This document shows, piece by piece, positions 22,548 to 36,220 of a DNA stretch of 64,000 bases (positions within the stretch are counted from its first letter, which is position 1; each line of letters begins with the position of its first letter). The position numbers and the translations under genes were made by a program. The notes under the pieces were generated by a model that had not been told where the DNA came from, did not search any database, and was given only the letters and a program-made list of their open reading frames with translations. Source of the stretch: an uncultured Alphaproteobacteria bacterium (lineage in GTDB: Bacteria; Pseudomonadota; Alphaproteobacteria; Micropepsales; Micropepsaceae); the NCBI GenBank assembly GCA_963715545.1, contig OY970252.1:763522-827521 (forward strand), in the 5' to 3' direction.

Positions 22548-23692
22548 ATGAGCGTTCGAGCCTATCGCGACATCATCCGACGCAAGTCGCGCAAGATTCA
22601 TGGTCGGCAAGGTGCGAAGTGGGCGGCGACGCCCCGATCACCGTCCAGACCATGACCAACACGATCACCGGCGACGCGCGCGCCACCATCGCCCAGATCC
22701 GCGCGCTCGAGGACGCCGGCGCCGATATCGTGCGCGTGTCCTGCCCCGACGAAGACGCCACCAAGGCGATGAAGGCCATCGTCAAGGCGCGTCGCGCGTT
22801 CCGATCGTGGCCGACATCCACTTTCACTACAAGCGCGCCATCGAGGCGGCGAAGGCCGGCGCGGCGTGCCTGCGCATCAATCCCGGCAATATCGGTTCGG
22901 CGCAGCGCGTGAAGGACGTCGTGCAGGCGGCCAAGGATCATGGCTGCTCTATGCGCATCGGCGTCAATGCCGGCTCGCTGGAAAAGGAATTGCTGGAGCG
23001 TTACGGCGAGCCGTGCCCCGAGGCGATGGTCGAAAGCGCGCTCAATCATGCGCGCATTCTCGAGGACAACGACTTCCGCGAATTCAAGATCAGCGTGAAG
23101 GCGTCCGACGTTTTCCTCGCGGTCGCCGCCTATCACGGCCTGGCCGAAGCCAGCGATTACCCGCTGCATCTCGGCATCACCGAAGCCGGCGGCCTGATGT
23201 CCGGCACCGTCAAATCCTCCATCGGCATGGGCATGCTGTTGTGGGCCGGCATCGGCGACACGATCCGCGTTTCGCTGTCGGCCGATCCGGTGGAGGAGAT
23301 GCGCGCGGGCTTCGACATTCTGAAGTCGCTCAGTCTGCGCCATCGCGGCGTCAATATCGTCTCGTGCCCGTCCTGCGCGCGGCAGGGCTTCAACGTGATC
23401 GAGACCGTCAGCATCCTGGAGGACCGGCTGAAGCACATCGCGACGCCGATGACGCTCTCGATCATCGGCTGCGTGGTGAACGGTCCGGGCGAGGCGCGCG
23501 AGACCGATCTCGGCTTCACGGGCGGCGGCGCGGGCGGCAGCGCCAGGCATGATCTATCTGAACGGCAAGCCGGCCTACAAGCTCGAGAACGACCAAGCTG
23601 GTCGACCATGTCGTCGAGCTTTGCGAGAAGAAGGCCGCCGAGATCGAAGCCGCAGCGCGGCGAAAGCGACGGCGCTTGAGCCGGCGCAGTAG
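22548..23692 (+). CDS. ispG: HMBPP synthase (frameshifted, end approximate)
   Basis: [50 protein letters not shown]. Confidence 0.95.
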
Positions 23693-23713
23693 AGCGCGGC
23701 ATCCTTCTTGTTC

Positions 23714-24821
23714 ATGATTCCCGAGGCCAAGCTTTCGCAGGCTGGTCGACCGTTTTGCGGCCGTTGAGGCGGAGCTGGCGTCCGGCGGTCCGGCGGCGCC
23801 GCCTATCGTGAAGCTGTCCAAGGAGCACGCCGAACTCGCGCCCGTCATCGAGGCCGTGCGAGGCCTATCGCATGACGCGAACGCGAATTGAAGGACGCCG
23901 AGGCTGCTCGCCGAACGACGCCTCAGCCGACCCCGACATGCGCGCGCATGGCCGAAGAAGAGCGCGCAGTCGCTGAAGGAGAACGCTACGCCGCGCTGGA
24001 ACCGCGACTGAAGCTTCAGCTGCTGCCCAAGGATGCGGCCGACGCCTCGTCGGCCATCGTGGAAATCCGCGCCGGCACGGGCGGCGACGAGGCGGCCTTG
24101 TTCGCGGCCGATCTGCTGGGCATGTATCAGCGCTATGCGCAGCTGCAGGGCTGGAAAACCGAATCATGCTCAGCATCAGCGACAGCGATCTCGGCGGCGT
24201 GCAAGGAAGCGGTGCTGGAAGTGGTAGGGCTGGGCGCCTATGCCAAGCTCAAATTCGAAAGCGGCGTGCACCGCGTGCAGCGCGTGCCGGTGACGGAAGC
24301 GGGCGGGCGCATCCATACCTCGGCCGCGACCGTCGCCGTGCTGCCCGGAGCCGGAAGAAGTCGACGTCGACTGATCGACGAAAAGGACCTGCGGATCGAC
24401 GTCTATCGCGCGCAGCGGCGCCGGCGGCCAGCACGTCAACAAGACGGAAAGCGCCGTGCGCATCACGCATCTGCCGACCGGCATCGTCGTGGCGCAGCAG
24501 GAAGAGAAATCGCAGCACAAGAACACGCGCCAAGGCGATGAAGATCCTGAAGGCGAAACTGTTCGAAGCCGAGCGCGAGCGGCAGGCCAGCGCGCGGGCG
24601 GCCGAGCGCAAGGATCTTGTCGGATCGGGCGATCGTTCCGAGCGCATCCGCACCTACAATTTTCCGCAAGGCCGCGTCACCGATCACCGCATCAATCTCA
24701 CGCTCTACAAGCTCGACCGGATCATCTCCGGCGACGAACTGGGCGAGATCGTCGAAGCGCTGATCACGGAGGATCAGGCGAACCGGCTGGCGCGACGCTC
24801 GAATCGTCGGACGCGATATGA
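23714..24821 (+). CDS. prfA: Peptide chain release factor 1 (frameshifted)
   Basis: [25 protein letters not shown] (PVT motif), [31 protein letters not shown]. Confidence 0.95.
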
Positions 24822-25696
24822 GCGCGGTGCGCGGATGCGTTGACGCGCAGCGCCGCGCGCCTCGCCGCGGCGGGGGTCGAGGCCCCGCGTCTGGACGCGC
24901 GCCTGCTGCTGGGCATCGCGATGGATCTGGCGCCGGAGAATCTCCTCGTCGCCCAGGATTCGACGGAAGATCAGCTTGCACGCTTCGAGGCGCTGATTTC
25001 GCGCCGGGCAGCCCGCGAGCCGCTCGCTTATATCGTCGGCCAAAAGGAATTCTGGAGTCTCGATTTCGAAGTCGGCCCCGGCGTCCTCATCCCGCGGCCT
25101 GAAACCGAAACGCTGATCGAGGAAGCGCTGCTGGATTTTCCCGACAACGACGCACCGCTCGACGTCGCCGATCTGGGCACAGGTTCCGGCTGCCTGCTGA
25201 TCGCTTTTCTGGAGAGCTTCCCCAACGCAAAAGGAATCGGCATCGATCGCTCTGCCGAGGCTCTTGCCTGGGCGCGGCGCAACGCGTCGCGTCATGGACT
25301 CGAAGAGCGGTGCGTTTTGTCGCAGGCCGACTGGACGGAGGCGGCGAGAGGAAACTTTCGACTGTTCTGTTCTCCAACCCGCCCTACGTCACTGCAGGGG
25401 AGTTTGGCGGGGCGTCGCCGGAGATTCGGCAGTATGAGCCGCAGGACGCGCTTGTGGGCGGCGATGACGGGCTCAAAGCCTATCGGCAATTGGCTCCGAT
25501 CATCGCCCGGCGTTTGCGGCCCGACGGCCGCGCCTATCTCGAAATCGGTTCGACGCAGGCCGAGGACGTGACATCTGTGCTGGAACGACACGACCTCCGG
25601 ATCGTTCGTATTGTTGCCGACTTGGCCGGGCATCCCCGCTGTGTGGTCGCGGCCGCCGGCCAAAAAACAGTTGGAAACCCTGTGGCAAGCGGCTAG
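24818..25696 (+). CDS. prmC: Release factor glutamine methyltransferase (frameshifted)
   Basis: [30 protein letters not shown]. Confidence 0.93.
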
Positions 25697-25969
25697 GTTC
25701 AACCCCATATGGGGGATTGAGGGAGCCCGCCGGTAGAAGGGCGGCCCGGATTTTCGGGAAGGGGGCGGTTGAAGCGCAGTTTGGCGCTGCCCCTGTCGTA
25801 AGCGAAAGTCGAGCTCTGCGCTTTATATGCGGCAACCAAGCGGACGCGCCCGAAGGTGCGACTGATACGAACGATGCAACACACCGCGCGCGTTCCCATG
25901 CCTTTGGCGCGTGGGCCTGCCGAATATGGGCCGGTTGAACAAGGACTGTCGAACAATGAAGGGGATCAC

Positions 25970-26459
25970 GTGAAACGCTCTCGTGGACGCGGCCGCCGGC
26001 CGCAAAACAATAACGGTGGTGGTGGCGGCGGCGGAGGCAACAACAACAATCCGAACCGGACCTTCGATTCGAGCGGACCGGAGATCAAAATCCGCGGCTC
26101 CGCGGCCCATGTGTACGAGAAATATCTGCAGCTGGCGCGCGATGCGAACTCCGCCGGCGATCGGGTCATGGCGGAAAACTATCTCCAGCATGCCGAGCAT
26201 TATTTCCGGATTCTGAGCGCGGCGCAGGCTCCAGCAGCAGCAATACCAAAACCAGAATCAGAACCCGAATCAGGGCCAGCAGAACTATCAACAGAATGGC
26301 GGCCAGCGGCCCCAGGCCAATGGAAACGTCAACGGGAACGTCAACGGCAATGGCGACGGCGCGATGCAGCAGCCCAATGGCAGCGCCCCCGTTTTCTCGC
26401 TGGCGGAAGCCGCCGATGACGGCGACGACGAAGGCGACGAAGGCGACAGGCTGGAATAG
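25970..26459 (+). CDS. DUF4167 protein with Q/N-rich C-terminal half (one apparent frameshift near 26230)
   Basis: NRTFDSSGPEIKIRGSAAHVYEKYLQLARDA...AENYLQHAEHYFR; continuation in another frame to TAG at 26457-26459. Confidence 0.85.
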
Positions 26460-26607
26460 TCTCGCTCCCGGGTTCCGGCAGCCGTAGCCCTTGCGGTTCA
26501 AACAAGGCAGCCATACATATAGCCGGGACACGGCGCCCATCAGGGGCCGCGCCAAGGAGCTTGACCGGTTGCCTTAAAGGGACCGACCGGGCGCCGGAGA
26601 GGCTATT

Positions 26608-29250
<2,643 letters not shown>

Positions 29251-29251
29251 T

Positions 29252-29355
29252 TTCCCTCCCCCTTGTGGGGAGGGATAGGGTGGGGGCGTAAAGAAGAGTC
29301 TTCGCGCGCGGACGCGCGCGCCCCCATCCTGACCTTCCCCACGAGGGGGAAGGGA
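29252..29355. repeat. REP-like palindromic repeat
   Basis: CCCTCCCCCTTGTGGGGAGGG...CCTTCCCCACGAGGGGGAAGGG; near-identical to 33206-33312; lies between convergent genes. Confidence 0.85.
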
Positions 29356-29368
29356 CAAGTCATTGAAC

Positions 29369-30238
29369 CTACTTCGCCAACTCCTTCCGGATCGACAGCA
29401 ATTCCTTGCGCCGTTCCGCGCTGACCGTTGGATACGCCATTTTGAGTTCTTCCATCGCATCCAGAATGATGTGAGAGACGATCAGCCGCGCATTCTGCTT
29501 GTCGTCGGCCGGCACGACGAACCACGGCGCATCCTTTGTGCTGGTTGCGCCGAGGCAGTCGCCATAGACCTCCATGTAGCGCTTCCAGTATTTGCGCTCT
29601 TCGACATCCGCCTGACTGAATTTCCAGTTCTTCTCCGGCTCGTCGATACGGTCGAGAAAGCGCTTGCGCTGCTCGTCCTTTGAAAGGTGCAGGAAGAATT
29701 TGACGATCCGCGTTCCGTTCAGATGCAGGTGCTTTTCCAGATTGACGATGGAACGATAGCGCTCGCCCCATAATTTCTCGTCGTGCTTCGGCGCATCCGG
29801 CAATCCTTCGGCGACGAGAAGCTCGCGGTGCACGCGAACGATCAGGACTTCCTCGTAATAGGAGCGGTTGAAGATGCCGATCTTTCCCCGCTCCGGCAGG
29901 TTGCGCGTCGTGCGCCACAGGAAATCGTGCTGCAGTTCCTCGCCGCTCGGGTGCTTGAAGCTGAACACCTGGCAGCCCTGCGGATTGACGCCCGACATCA
30001 CATGCTTGATCGCGCCGTCTTTGCCGGCGGCGTCCATCGCCTGGAAGATCAGCAGAATGGCGTAGCGGTCGGATGCGTAAAGAAGATCCTGTTGCGCGCT
30101 CATCCGCGCGACGTGGTCTTCGAGAATTTCCTTGTACTGCTTCTTCGATTTGTGGATGGCGTCGATCCTGGTCGGCCATTTCCCGAGATCGACGGAATCG
30201 CCAGGGCCCACGCGAAAGTCTTTGGAATGAACTTTCAT
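29369..30238 (-). CDS. ppk2: Polyphosphate kinase 2, likely class III
   Basis: [11 protein letters not shown] (Walker A), [37 protein letters not shown]. Confidence 0.92.
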   Translation of the reverse strand: MKVHSKDFRVGPGDSVDLGKWPTRIDAIHKSKKQYKEILEDHVARMSAQQDLLYASDRYAILLIFQAMDAAGKDGAIKHVMSGVNPQGCQVFSFKHPSGEELQHDFLWRTTRNLPERGKIGIFNRSYYEEVLIVRVHRELLVAEGLPDAPKHDEKLWGERYRSIVNLEKHLHLNGTRIVKFFLHLSKDEQRKRFLDRIDEPEKNWKFSQADVEERKYWKRYMEVYGDCLGATSTKDAPWFVVPADDKQNARLIVSHIILDAMEELKMAYPTVSAERRKELLSIRKELAK

Positions 30239-30438
30239 GAAATCCCTTTCTGCGTGTCCGGCCGCGCGGACCCACCGGCCGAAATTGGGGCCGATCGGTT
30301 TTATCTACCGCGAACCGCCGCCATTTGAAACCAAGACCCGAACGGGGCGTTCCCCCTTACACGCCCGAGTCACGCGCCACGCTCGCTCACGCGTCATCAG
30401 GCGGCCGATTCCGCTCTTCGGCCCAACAAGGAGCCTCA

Positions 30439-31176
30439 ATGACAACCGTCCCGACGCAGGCCCAGCACAATGCCGCCATGCAAGAACACACAAAAATCAG
30501 CGGCTCAAACCGCAAAACGATCGATGCGATACTGCGGCATCCCGTGGCGCACAATCTCGAATGGGGCGACGTCATCACGCTCATCGAGAAGCTTGGCACG
30601 GTCGAACACAAGGCCAATGCCGATTTTGTGTTTCAGGTGCACGCGCAGCGCCATGTCATGCGCAAGCCCCACACAAAGGATTTGGCGGCGCCGGAAGTCA
30701 TCGAGCTTCGAAAGTTTCTGACGCGGGCGGGATTGTTCGCCGAGCCGGAGGAAAAGCCGGCTGAAGTCGACTCGAGCGTCGGTCCGAACCTCATGGTCGT
30801 CATGGATCACCACGGCGCGAAATTGTACGACGTCGACGTCATGGCCGCCGACGCGTCGCAACACGCGATCAAGCCGTACGACCCGCACCACTTCCAGCAT
30901 CATCTGACGCACAAGGATCAGTCGCGGGAAAAGGGCCAAAGGACGGCGGAAGATACGGGATATTACGAGCAAATCGCTGAGGCGCTGGCGAAAGCAGGCA
31001 AGATCGTCGTGGTCGGACACGGGACGGGCAAGAGCAACGCCGCGCACCACCTTCTGGAATATCTCAAGGCCCACCACAGCGAGACCCATCGGCGCGTCGT
31101 CAGCGAAATGTCGGCGGAACTCTCAAGCGTCACGACGCGGCAATTGCTGGAAATGGCGCATGAGGCGCTGCGCTGA
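30439..31176 (+). CDS. Hypothetical fusion: HicA-like N-domain + eRF1-domain-2/baeRF-like C-domain
   Basis: AAGGAG RBS; RKTIDAILRHPVAHNLEWGDVITLIEKLG...RKPH...RKFLTRAG, then VVMDHHGAK...YYEQIAEAL..AGKIVVVGHGTGKS. Confidence 0.6.
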   Translation: MTTVPTQAQHNAAMQEHTKISGSNRKTIDAILRHPVAHNLEWGDVITLIEKLGTVEHKANADFVFQVHAQRHVMRKPHTKDLAAPEVIELRKFLTRAGLFAEPEEKPAEVDSSVGPNLMVVMDHHGAKLYDVDVMAADASQHAIKPYDPHHFQHHLTHKDQSREKGQRTAEDTGYYEQIAEALAKAGKIVVVGHGTGKSNAAHHLLEYLKAHHSETHRRVVSEMSAELSSVTTRQLLEMAHEALR

Positions 31177-32213
31177 TGAAAGCTCTCGTGTATCTGGCTC
31201 CCGGCAAGAAGGCGCTGGACGAACGCCCAAAGCCGGAAATCACCGTCCCAACCGACGCCATTGTCAAAATCGTCAAGACGACGATTTGCGGCACGGATTT
31301 GCACATCCTCAAAGGTGATGTTCCGACTTGCCAGCCGCCGCGCATTCTGGGCCATGAGGGCGTCGGTATTATCGACACAGTCGGGCCGGCCGTAACGGCG
31401 TTCAAACAGGGTGATCGCGTTCTGATCTCCTGCGTCAGCGCCTGCGGAAAATGCACTTATTGTCGCAAACAAATGTACTCGCATTGCACCACCGGCGGCT
31501 GGATTCTCGGCAACACGATCGACGGAACGCAAGCCGAGTTCGTGCGCGTTCCCCACGCGGACAACAGCCTCTATCCCATTCCGGCGGGCGCCGACGAAGA
31601 GGCGCTCGTCATGCTCAGCGATATTCTTCCGACCGGCTTCGAGTGCGGCGTGTTGAACGGCAAGGTTCAACCGGGCTCCACGGTGGCGATCGTCGGCTCA
31701 GGCCCGATCGGGCTCGCGTCGTTGCTCACGGCTCAGTTCTATTCGCCTGCCGAGATCATCATGATCGATCTCGACGACAATCGCCTCGCCGTGGCGAAGC
31801 GTTTCGGCGCGACCGCCACCATCAACAGCACCGACGGCGAAGCCGTCGCAAAGCTCATGGAGATGACGGGCGGGCGCGGCGTGGACACGGCCATCGAGGC
31901 CGTCGGCATTCCGACGACATTTGAGATGTGCGAGCAGATCGTGGCTCCGGGCGGAACCATCGCCAATATTGGCGTGCACGGAAAACAGGTCGCGCTTCAT
32001 CTCGAACGCCTGTGGGATCGCAACATCAACATCACCACGCGGCTGGTCGACACCGCGAGTACGCCGATGCTGCTCAACATTCTCAAGTCGGGCAAAATCG
32101 ATCCAAAGCTTCTGATCACCCACCATTTCAGTCTCGACAAGATCATCGACGCTTACGAGACGTTCGCCCATGCCGCCGATACGAAGGCGCTCAAGGTGAT
32201 CATCGAGGCTTGA
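31176..32213 (+). CDS. Zinc-dependent alcohol dehydrogenase (MDR family)
   Basis: ICGTDLH, GHEGVG, CGKCTYC, LSDILPTG, GSGPIG. Confidence 0.93.
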   Translation: MKALVYLAPGKKALDERPKPEITVPTDAIVKIVKTTICGTDLHILKGDVPTCQPPRILGHEGVGIIDTVGPAVTAFKQGDRVLISCVSACGKCTYCRKQMYSHCTTGGWILGNTIDGTQAEFVRVPHADNSLYPIPAGADEEALVMLSDILPTGFECGVLNGKVQPGSTVAIVGSGPIGLASLLTAQFYSPAEIIMIDLDDNRLAVAKRFGATATINSTDGEAVAKLMEMTGGRGVDTAIEAVGIPTTFEMCEQIVAPGGTIANIGVHGKQVALHLERLWDRNINITTRLVDTASTPMLLNILKSGKIDPKLLITHHFSLDKIIDAYETFAHAADTKALKVIIEA

Positions 32214-32220
32214 TCACAAA

Positions 32221-32364
32221 CCTCACCATGGCCGGCCTCCGAGCCGGCCACCCAGCGGCCGCGTGTCCACGCGGCCAGTGACTCTTCATACGTTTGCGCA
32301 AGCGTAATTCGGCTCGCGGATGCTCGCCGGCTGTGTTGCCGGGTCAAGCCCGGCAATGGTGAGG
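32221..32364. repeat. RPE/REP-like palindromic element
   Basis: Outer IR CCTCACCAT/ATGGTGAGG; inner hairpins TGGCCGGC..GCCGGCCA and TTGCCGGGTCAAGCCCGGCAA. Confidence 0.65.
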
Positions 32365-32396
32365 AGGGAAGTGCGTCAACTCAATTCAAAAACGCG

Positions 32397-33014
32397 CTAC
32401 GACCCCAGAGATTGCGCAGCACCGCGCCCGATGAAGCCTTTGATGGCGTAAACACGGACGCCGAACTGATTGGAGCCCATGTCCCACACGCGCACTTTGG
32501 ACCAGTCGTTCTGCGCACTGACGTCGAGCACGGGCGTGTTGTGGTCGATCTCGCCGTGGTTGCGCCAATTGGCCTGGTCGACGCGGATTTCGCGCGGCGA
32601 AACGATCCGCGTCACAACCGCCACGTGACCACGCGCAAGCCGGGCGCTGCCGGCGAACACCATCACGGCGTCGCTCGCGGGTTGCGTGAACCGGGCATAG
32701 ATGTTCTCGGCGCGCCGCCACCAATATTTCGCGTCACCGAAGATTTCGAGGCCCGAGCGCAGCCGCGCATATTCGACGCAATAAAGATGGTGCAACGGCG
32801 TTTCGATCGAGGGTTCGTCCGGCGCGCTTGCCTGGAGCGTTGCAGCGGAGTCGCTTGATGCGGCGCTGGCGACGTTCGCCACGGCTCCGTTGACCGCATC
32901 GAGGGTCTGGCGCAATGGCACATCGCCGTCGGCGAAGGCGGCGGTTGAGAACGTCAGAGCGGCGAAGAGAAGAGAAACACGTGTCAGGCGTATGGCTCGA
33001 AACGATCGGGTCAT
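32397..33014 (-). CDS. CHAP-domain secreted protein
   Basis: Signal peptide; CVEYAR...GDAKYWW...GHVAVV...DQANW. Confidence 0.88.
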   Translation of the reverse strand: MTRSFRAIRLTRVSLLFAALTFSTAAFADGDVPLRQTLDAVNGAVANVASAASSDSAATLQASAPDEPSIETPLHHLYCVEYARLRSGLEIFGDAKYWWRRAENIYARFTQPASDAVMVFAGSARLARGHVAVVTRIVSPREIRVDQANWRNHGEIDHNTPVLDVSAQNDWSKVRVWDMGSNQFGVRVYAIKGFIGRGAAQSLGS

Positions 33015-33205
33015 ATTTGGTCCCTGGCAAGAATGGATATTTGCGGCGACCCAGAGAAGACGCTCTTAAGCGGGACGACGCGCGCAGACAGTTTGAATTT
33101 CCAGCGACGGTTTCCTAACAGACGCGGAACGATCGGGCAATCCGCGCGCTACGCCGCGCGAATCAGCCGGGAACTTTCGAGAACTCCGAAATCTCAGGTC
33201 GTGTG

Positions 33206-33312
33206 ATTCCCCTCCCCCTTGTGGGAGGGATAGGGTGGGGGGCTTAAGAAAGAGTCTTGGCGCGCGGACGCGCGCACCCCCATCCTGACCTTCCCCACGA
33301 GGGGGAAGGGAA
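33206..33312. repeat. REP-like palindromic repeat
   Basis: Second copy of the 29252-29355 element. Confidence 0.85.
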
Positions 33313-33318
33313 ATGAGG

Positions 33319-35015
33319 TCAGTCCTTCGCGGCGCGGAGGTCGCTGGGGCTTTCGGCCACTTTGCTTTCGAGCGGCATTGCGGCGAGTTCGTGGTCCATT
33401 GACACGCGGTTCGCGAGGAACGCACGCAGATCGCGACCGGCCAGGATTTGTCCGCGGGCGACTTTCACCGTGAGCGGATTGACCTGCACGCCGTTGATGC
33501 GGATTTCGTAATGCAGATGCGGGCCCGTCGCGAGGCCGGTGGCGCCGCTATAGGCGATCACCTGTCCCTGGCGCACATGCGAGCCCTGATGCACGCCCGG
33601 CGCGAAGCGCGAGAGATGCGCATAGGCGGTCGCATAGGTGTTGCCGTGATTGACCAGGATGAAATTGCCGTAGCCGCCGAGCACGCCTTCGATCTGGATC
33701 GTGCCGCTGCCGGCCGCCATCACCGGCGTGCCCGTCGGGAACCGCGAAATCGATTCCCTTGTGCATGCGTGTGTAGCCCAGCACGGGATGGAAGCGCATG
33801 CCGAAGCCGGAAGAGATGCGCGCGCCGTCGACAGGCGTCTTCATCAGCATGCTTTTGGCGCTTTGACCTTTGGCGTCGAAATATTCGACGGGATCGCCAT
33901 TGGGCGGCTGATAGCGATAGAGCGCCACCGTGCGCGAACCGCAGATGCATCGTGGCGTAGGAGATGTCGCCCTGCTTCGCGGGCTGGCCGTCCGGCGTGT
34001 AATAGTAGTTGTAGAGAACTTCGAACGTGTCGCCCGGTTTGATGTCGCGCTGGAAGTCCACTTCGTACGAGAACATGTGGATCATCTGCACGACGACTTC
34101 GGCCGGAATGCCGGCCTGCATCGCGGCGAGATAGAGGCTCGAGTCGATCTTCGCGCCCGCGCGGTGGAATTTCGCGACGAGTTTTTGCTCAGTGCTTTGC
34201 GCCGTGAAGCCGCCATCGGTGGCGCGGCTGATCGTGATGTCGTGTTCGATGGTCGGCGAGAAGCTTACGGAGAGCAGGCGCCCCACCGGCGTGGCAGGCG
34301 CGGCCTGCACGCTGGAATCCGGCGCATCTTCGCCATCCGCCGCGGAATCATTGGCGCCGGCGGGCGGTGTGTAGGTGATGCTGGCGACGGGCGCGGCGGG
34401 CGGCGCCGGCTCGAAGGTGAGCTGCAGGGTTTGTCCCGCGCGTACCAATTTGGGACTATAGACTTTGGCCAACGCCGCGACGGCCATTTCCGCGTCGTCG
34501 TTGGTGACGCCGGCATCGGTCAATGCGCCGGCCAGGGTGTCGCCGTGGTCGAGCGTGATCGTGCGCGAGTCGACGTCGGAATTCGCTTCGGTCGCATCGT
34601 CGCCGGCGCTTTCGGCCGCGAGCGAATTGTCCAGCGAATTGGCCGGCTCGACGATTTGCGCGGGCGGCGTGTTTGCAGCGGGGGCGGAAGGCCCGAACGC
34701 GGCGAAATTCAGTTGCGGGCCTTTGTTCTGCGCGGTCAGCCTGAGGAAAAGTTCATAGGGCATCAGCGAGCGCTGATGCGCCGCCGAATAGCCGTGGGAC
34801 GGCGGCATGGTGCCCGCGGCGAGCCAGGCGATCGAGCCGGCGATGACGGCGGTGATCGATGTCGAGACAATGGCCCAGCGGCCATCGGTGGAGGAGAGAG
34901 CTTCTGCGGCGGAACGCGCGGTGCGTTGCCAATCAGCTGCAAGAACATCGAGTGTCGGTGCGCGGCGACGCTGCACGGCAGCTCCTGTCTTTATACCAAA
35001 GGGATGTTGTGCCAT
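33319..35015 (-). CDS. M23 family peptidoglycan endopeptidase (frameshifted)
   Basis: SYEVDFQRD, RISSGFGMRFHPVLG..RMHKGIDF, YAHLS, TGPHLHYE. Confidence 0.9.
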
Positions 35016-35167
35016 CCCCGCCCGTTTGGTGTGCGCCCGGCCGAAGCAAGGCGCGCCATATAGCCTGACCATCATTAGCGCCGTCAACCGTTACCGGCAC
35101 GTTAACGTTGTCTAAACCCACAATGGGATTGCCGGTGAGTCGGGTGGAGCAAGAGCCGGGCCAAGCG

Positions 35168-35280
35168 AATCATGGTCTCGCGGAACTTGCGAGGCCCGGA
35201 ATCAAGCAAATCGTGGCCTCGCGAATTCCGCGAGGCCCAAGGTCAACGAATCGTGGCCTCGCGAATTCCGCGAGGCCACG
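35168..35280. repeat. Three tandem GC-rich hairpin units, ~40-bp period
   Basis: AATCGTGGCCTCGCGAATTCCGCGAGGCC at 35209 and 35249, degenerate copy at 35168. Confidence 0.85.
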
Positions 35281-35309
35281 ACGGGTCGTGTCGATTGTTG
35301 GGGGGTAAC

Positions 35310-36220
35310 TTACAATCGCACGAGGAGAAGTTCCGCGATGCGGCCATGCAGCCAGCCGATGCCTTTGGCAGACATGCAGCAGGACGAAGAACAGCAGGAT
35401 CCCGAACAGCATCGCCGCGACGAGGCCGGGGGCCGTGTGCAGGAAGTGATTGAGCCACGGCACGTCGTCGATCTGGAAATGCGAATGATTCGGTGATGAG
35501 CCCGAGAACGGCTCCACCCGCAAAGCCGAGCGACAGCGAGATGCCGACCACCGCGATGACGAAATAGGCGACGCCGAGCGGCAGCATGCAGAATGAGATA
35601 AAGCATCGACGACCAGGTGCGGATGTCGGCGAGGGCGTCCTTGATGCGCGCCCAAACGGTTTCGTCGGCGGCCGACGCGGGCGGCAGGCGCCGCGGCATG
35701 CGCACGCCCAGTAGTCCTTCGATGATGCGCCCTTCGACGATGGCTCAACACGCGCACCGAACCGATGAACAGAAGCGCGAAGGGAATGCCGATGATCAGG
35801 ATGATCAGAAGCCGGCCGTGAGCGAAATTCCCGTGATCGTCCAGGTGAAATAGAAAATGCCGGTAACGAGCGACAGCAGCATGTACATCAGCGCGCCATA
35901 GGCGCGTGGATCGCTGATCACGCCGAAGAATCCGTAATGACGCTCGGGCGATTGTTCGGATTTGGGGAAGGGACCCTGAAGTGTGGCTTCCATGGAGCGA
36001 TACTCCTCTGCGATTTCGGCTGGTGTTCCATAGGTTTCGATGACGGCGGCGAGGACTTCGCGCTTCGCTGCGATCGGGATTCGATGCGAGTCTCGTTTTG
36101 CAGATGCTCTTCGGCATCCGACAGCGCATCGCTGACAAGCCCGGGCGACGCGCCTTTGAGCGCGCTCTGGAGCGCATCCAGATAAGCGCGGACCGTGTCA
36201 GGCGGACGGTCGGTGTTCAT
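35310..36220 (-). CDS. Putative sensor-domain membrane protein (frameshifted)
   Basis: N-terminal YLDAL...DALSDAEEHL, DPRAYGALMYMLLSL, multiple TMs; follows PadR. Confidence 0.7.

Noticed and set aside
25697-25969. tRNA or sRNA in the prmC-DUF4167 intergenic region
   Set aside because: Some hairpins are present but there is no cloverleaf or recognisable RNA family; no tRNA or rRNA was identified anywhere in the window
35168-35280. CRISPR array
   Set aside because: Only three units, 11-12-bp linkers that resemble each other, and no cas genes or leader
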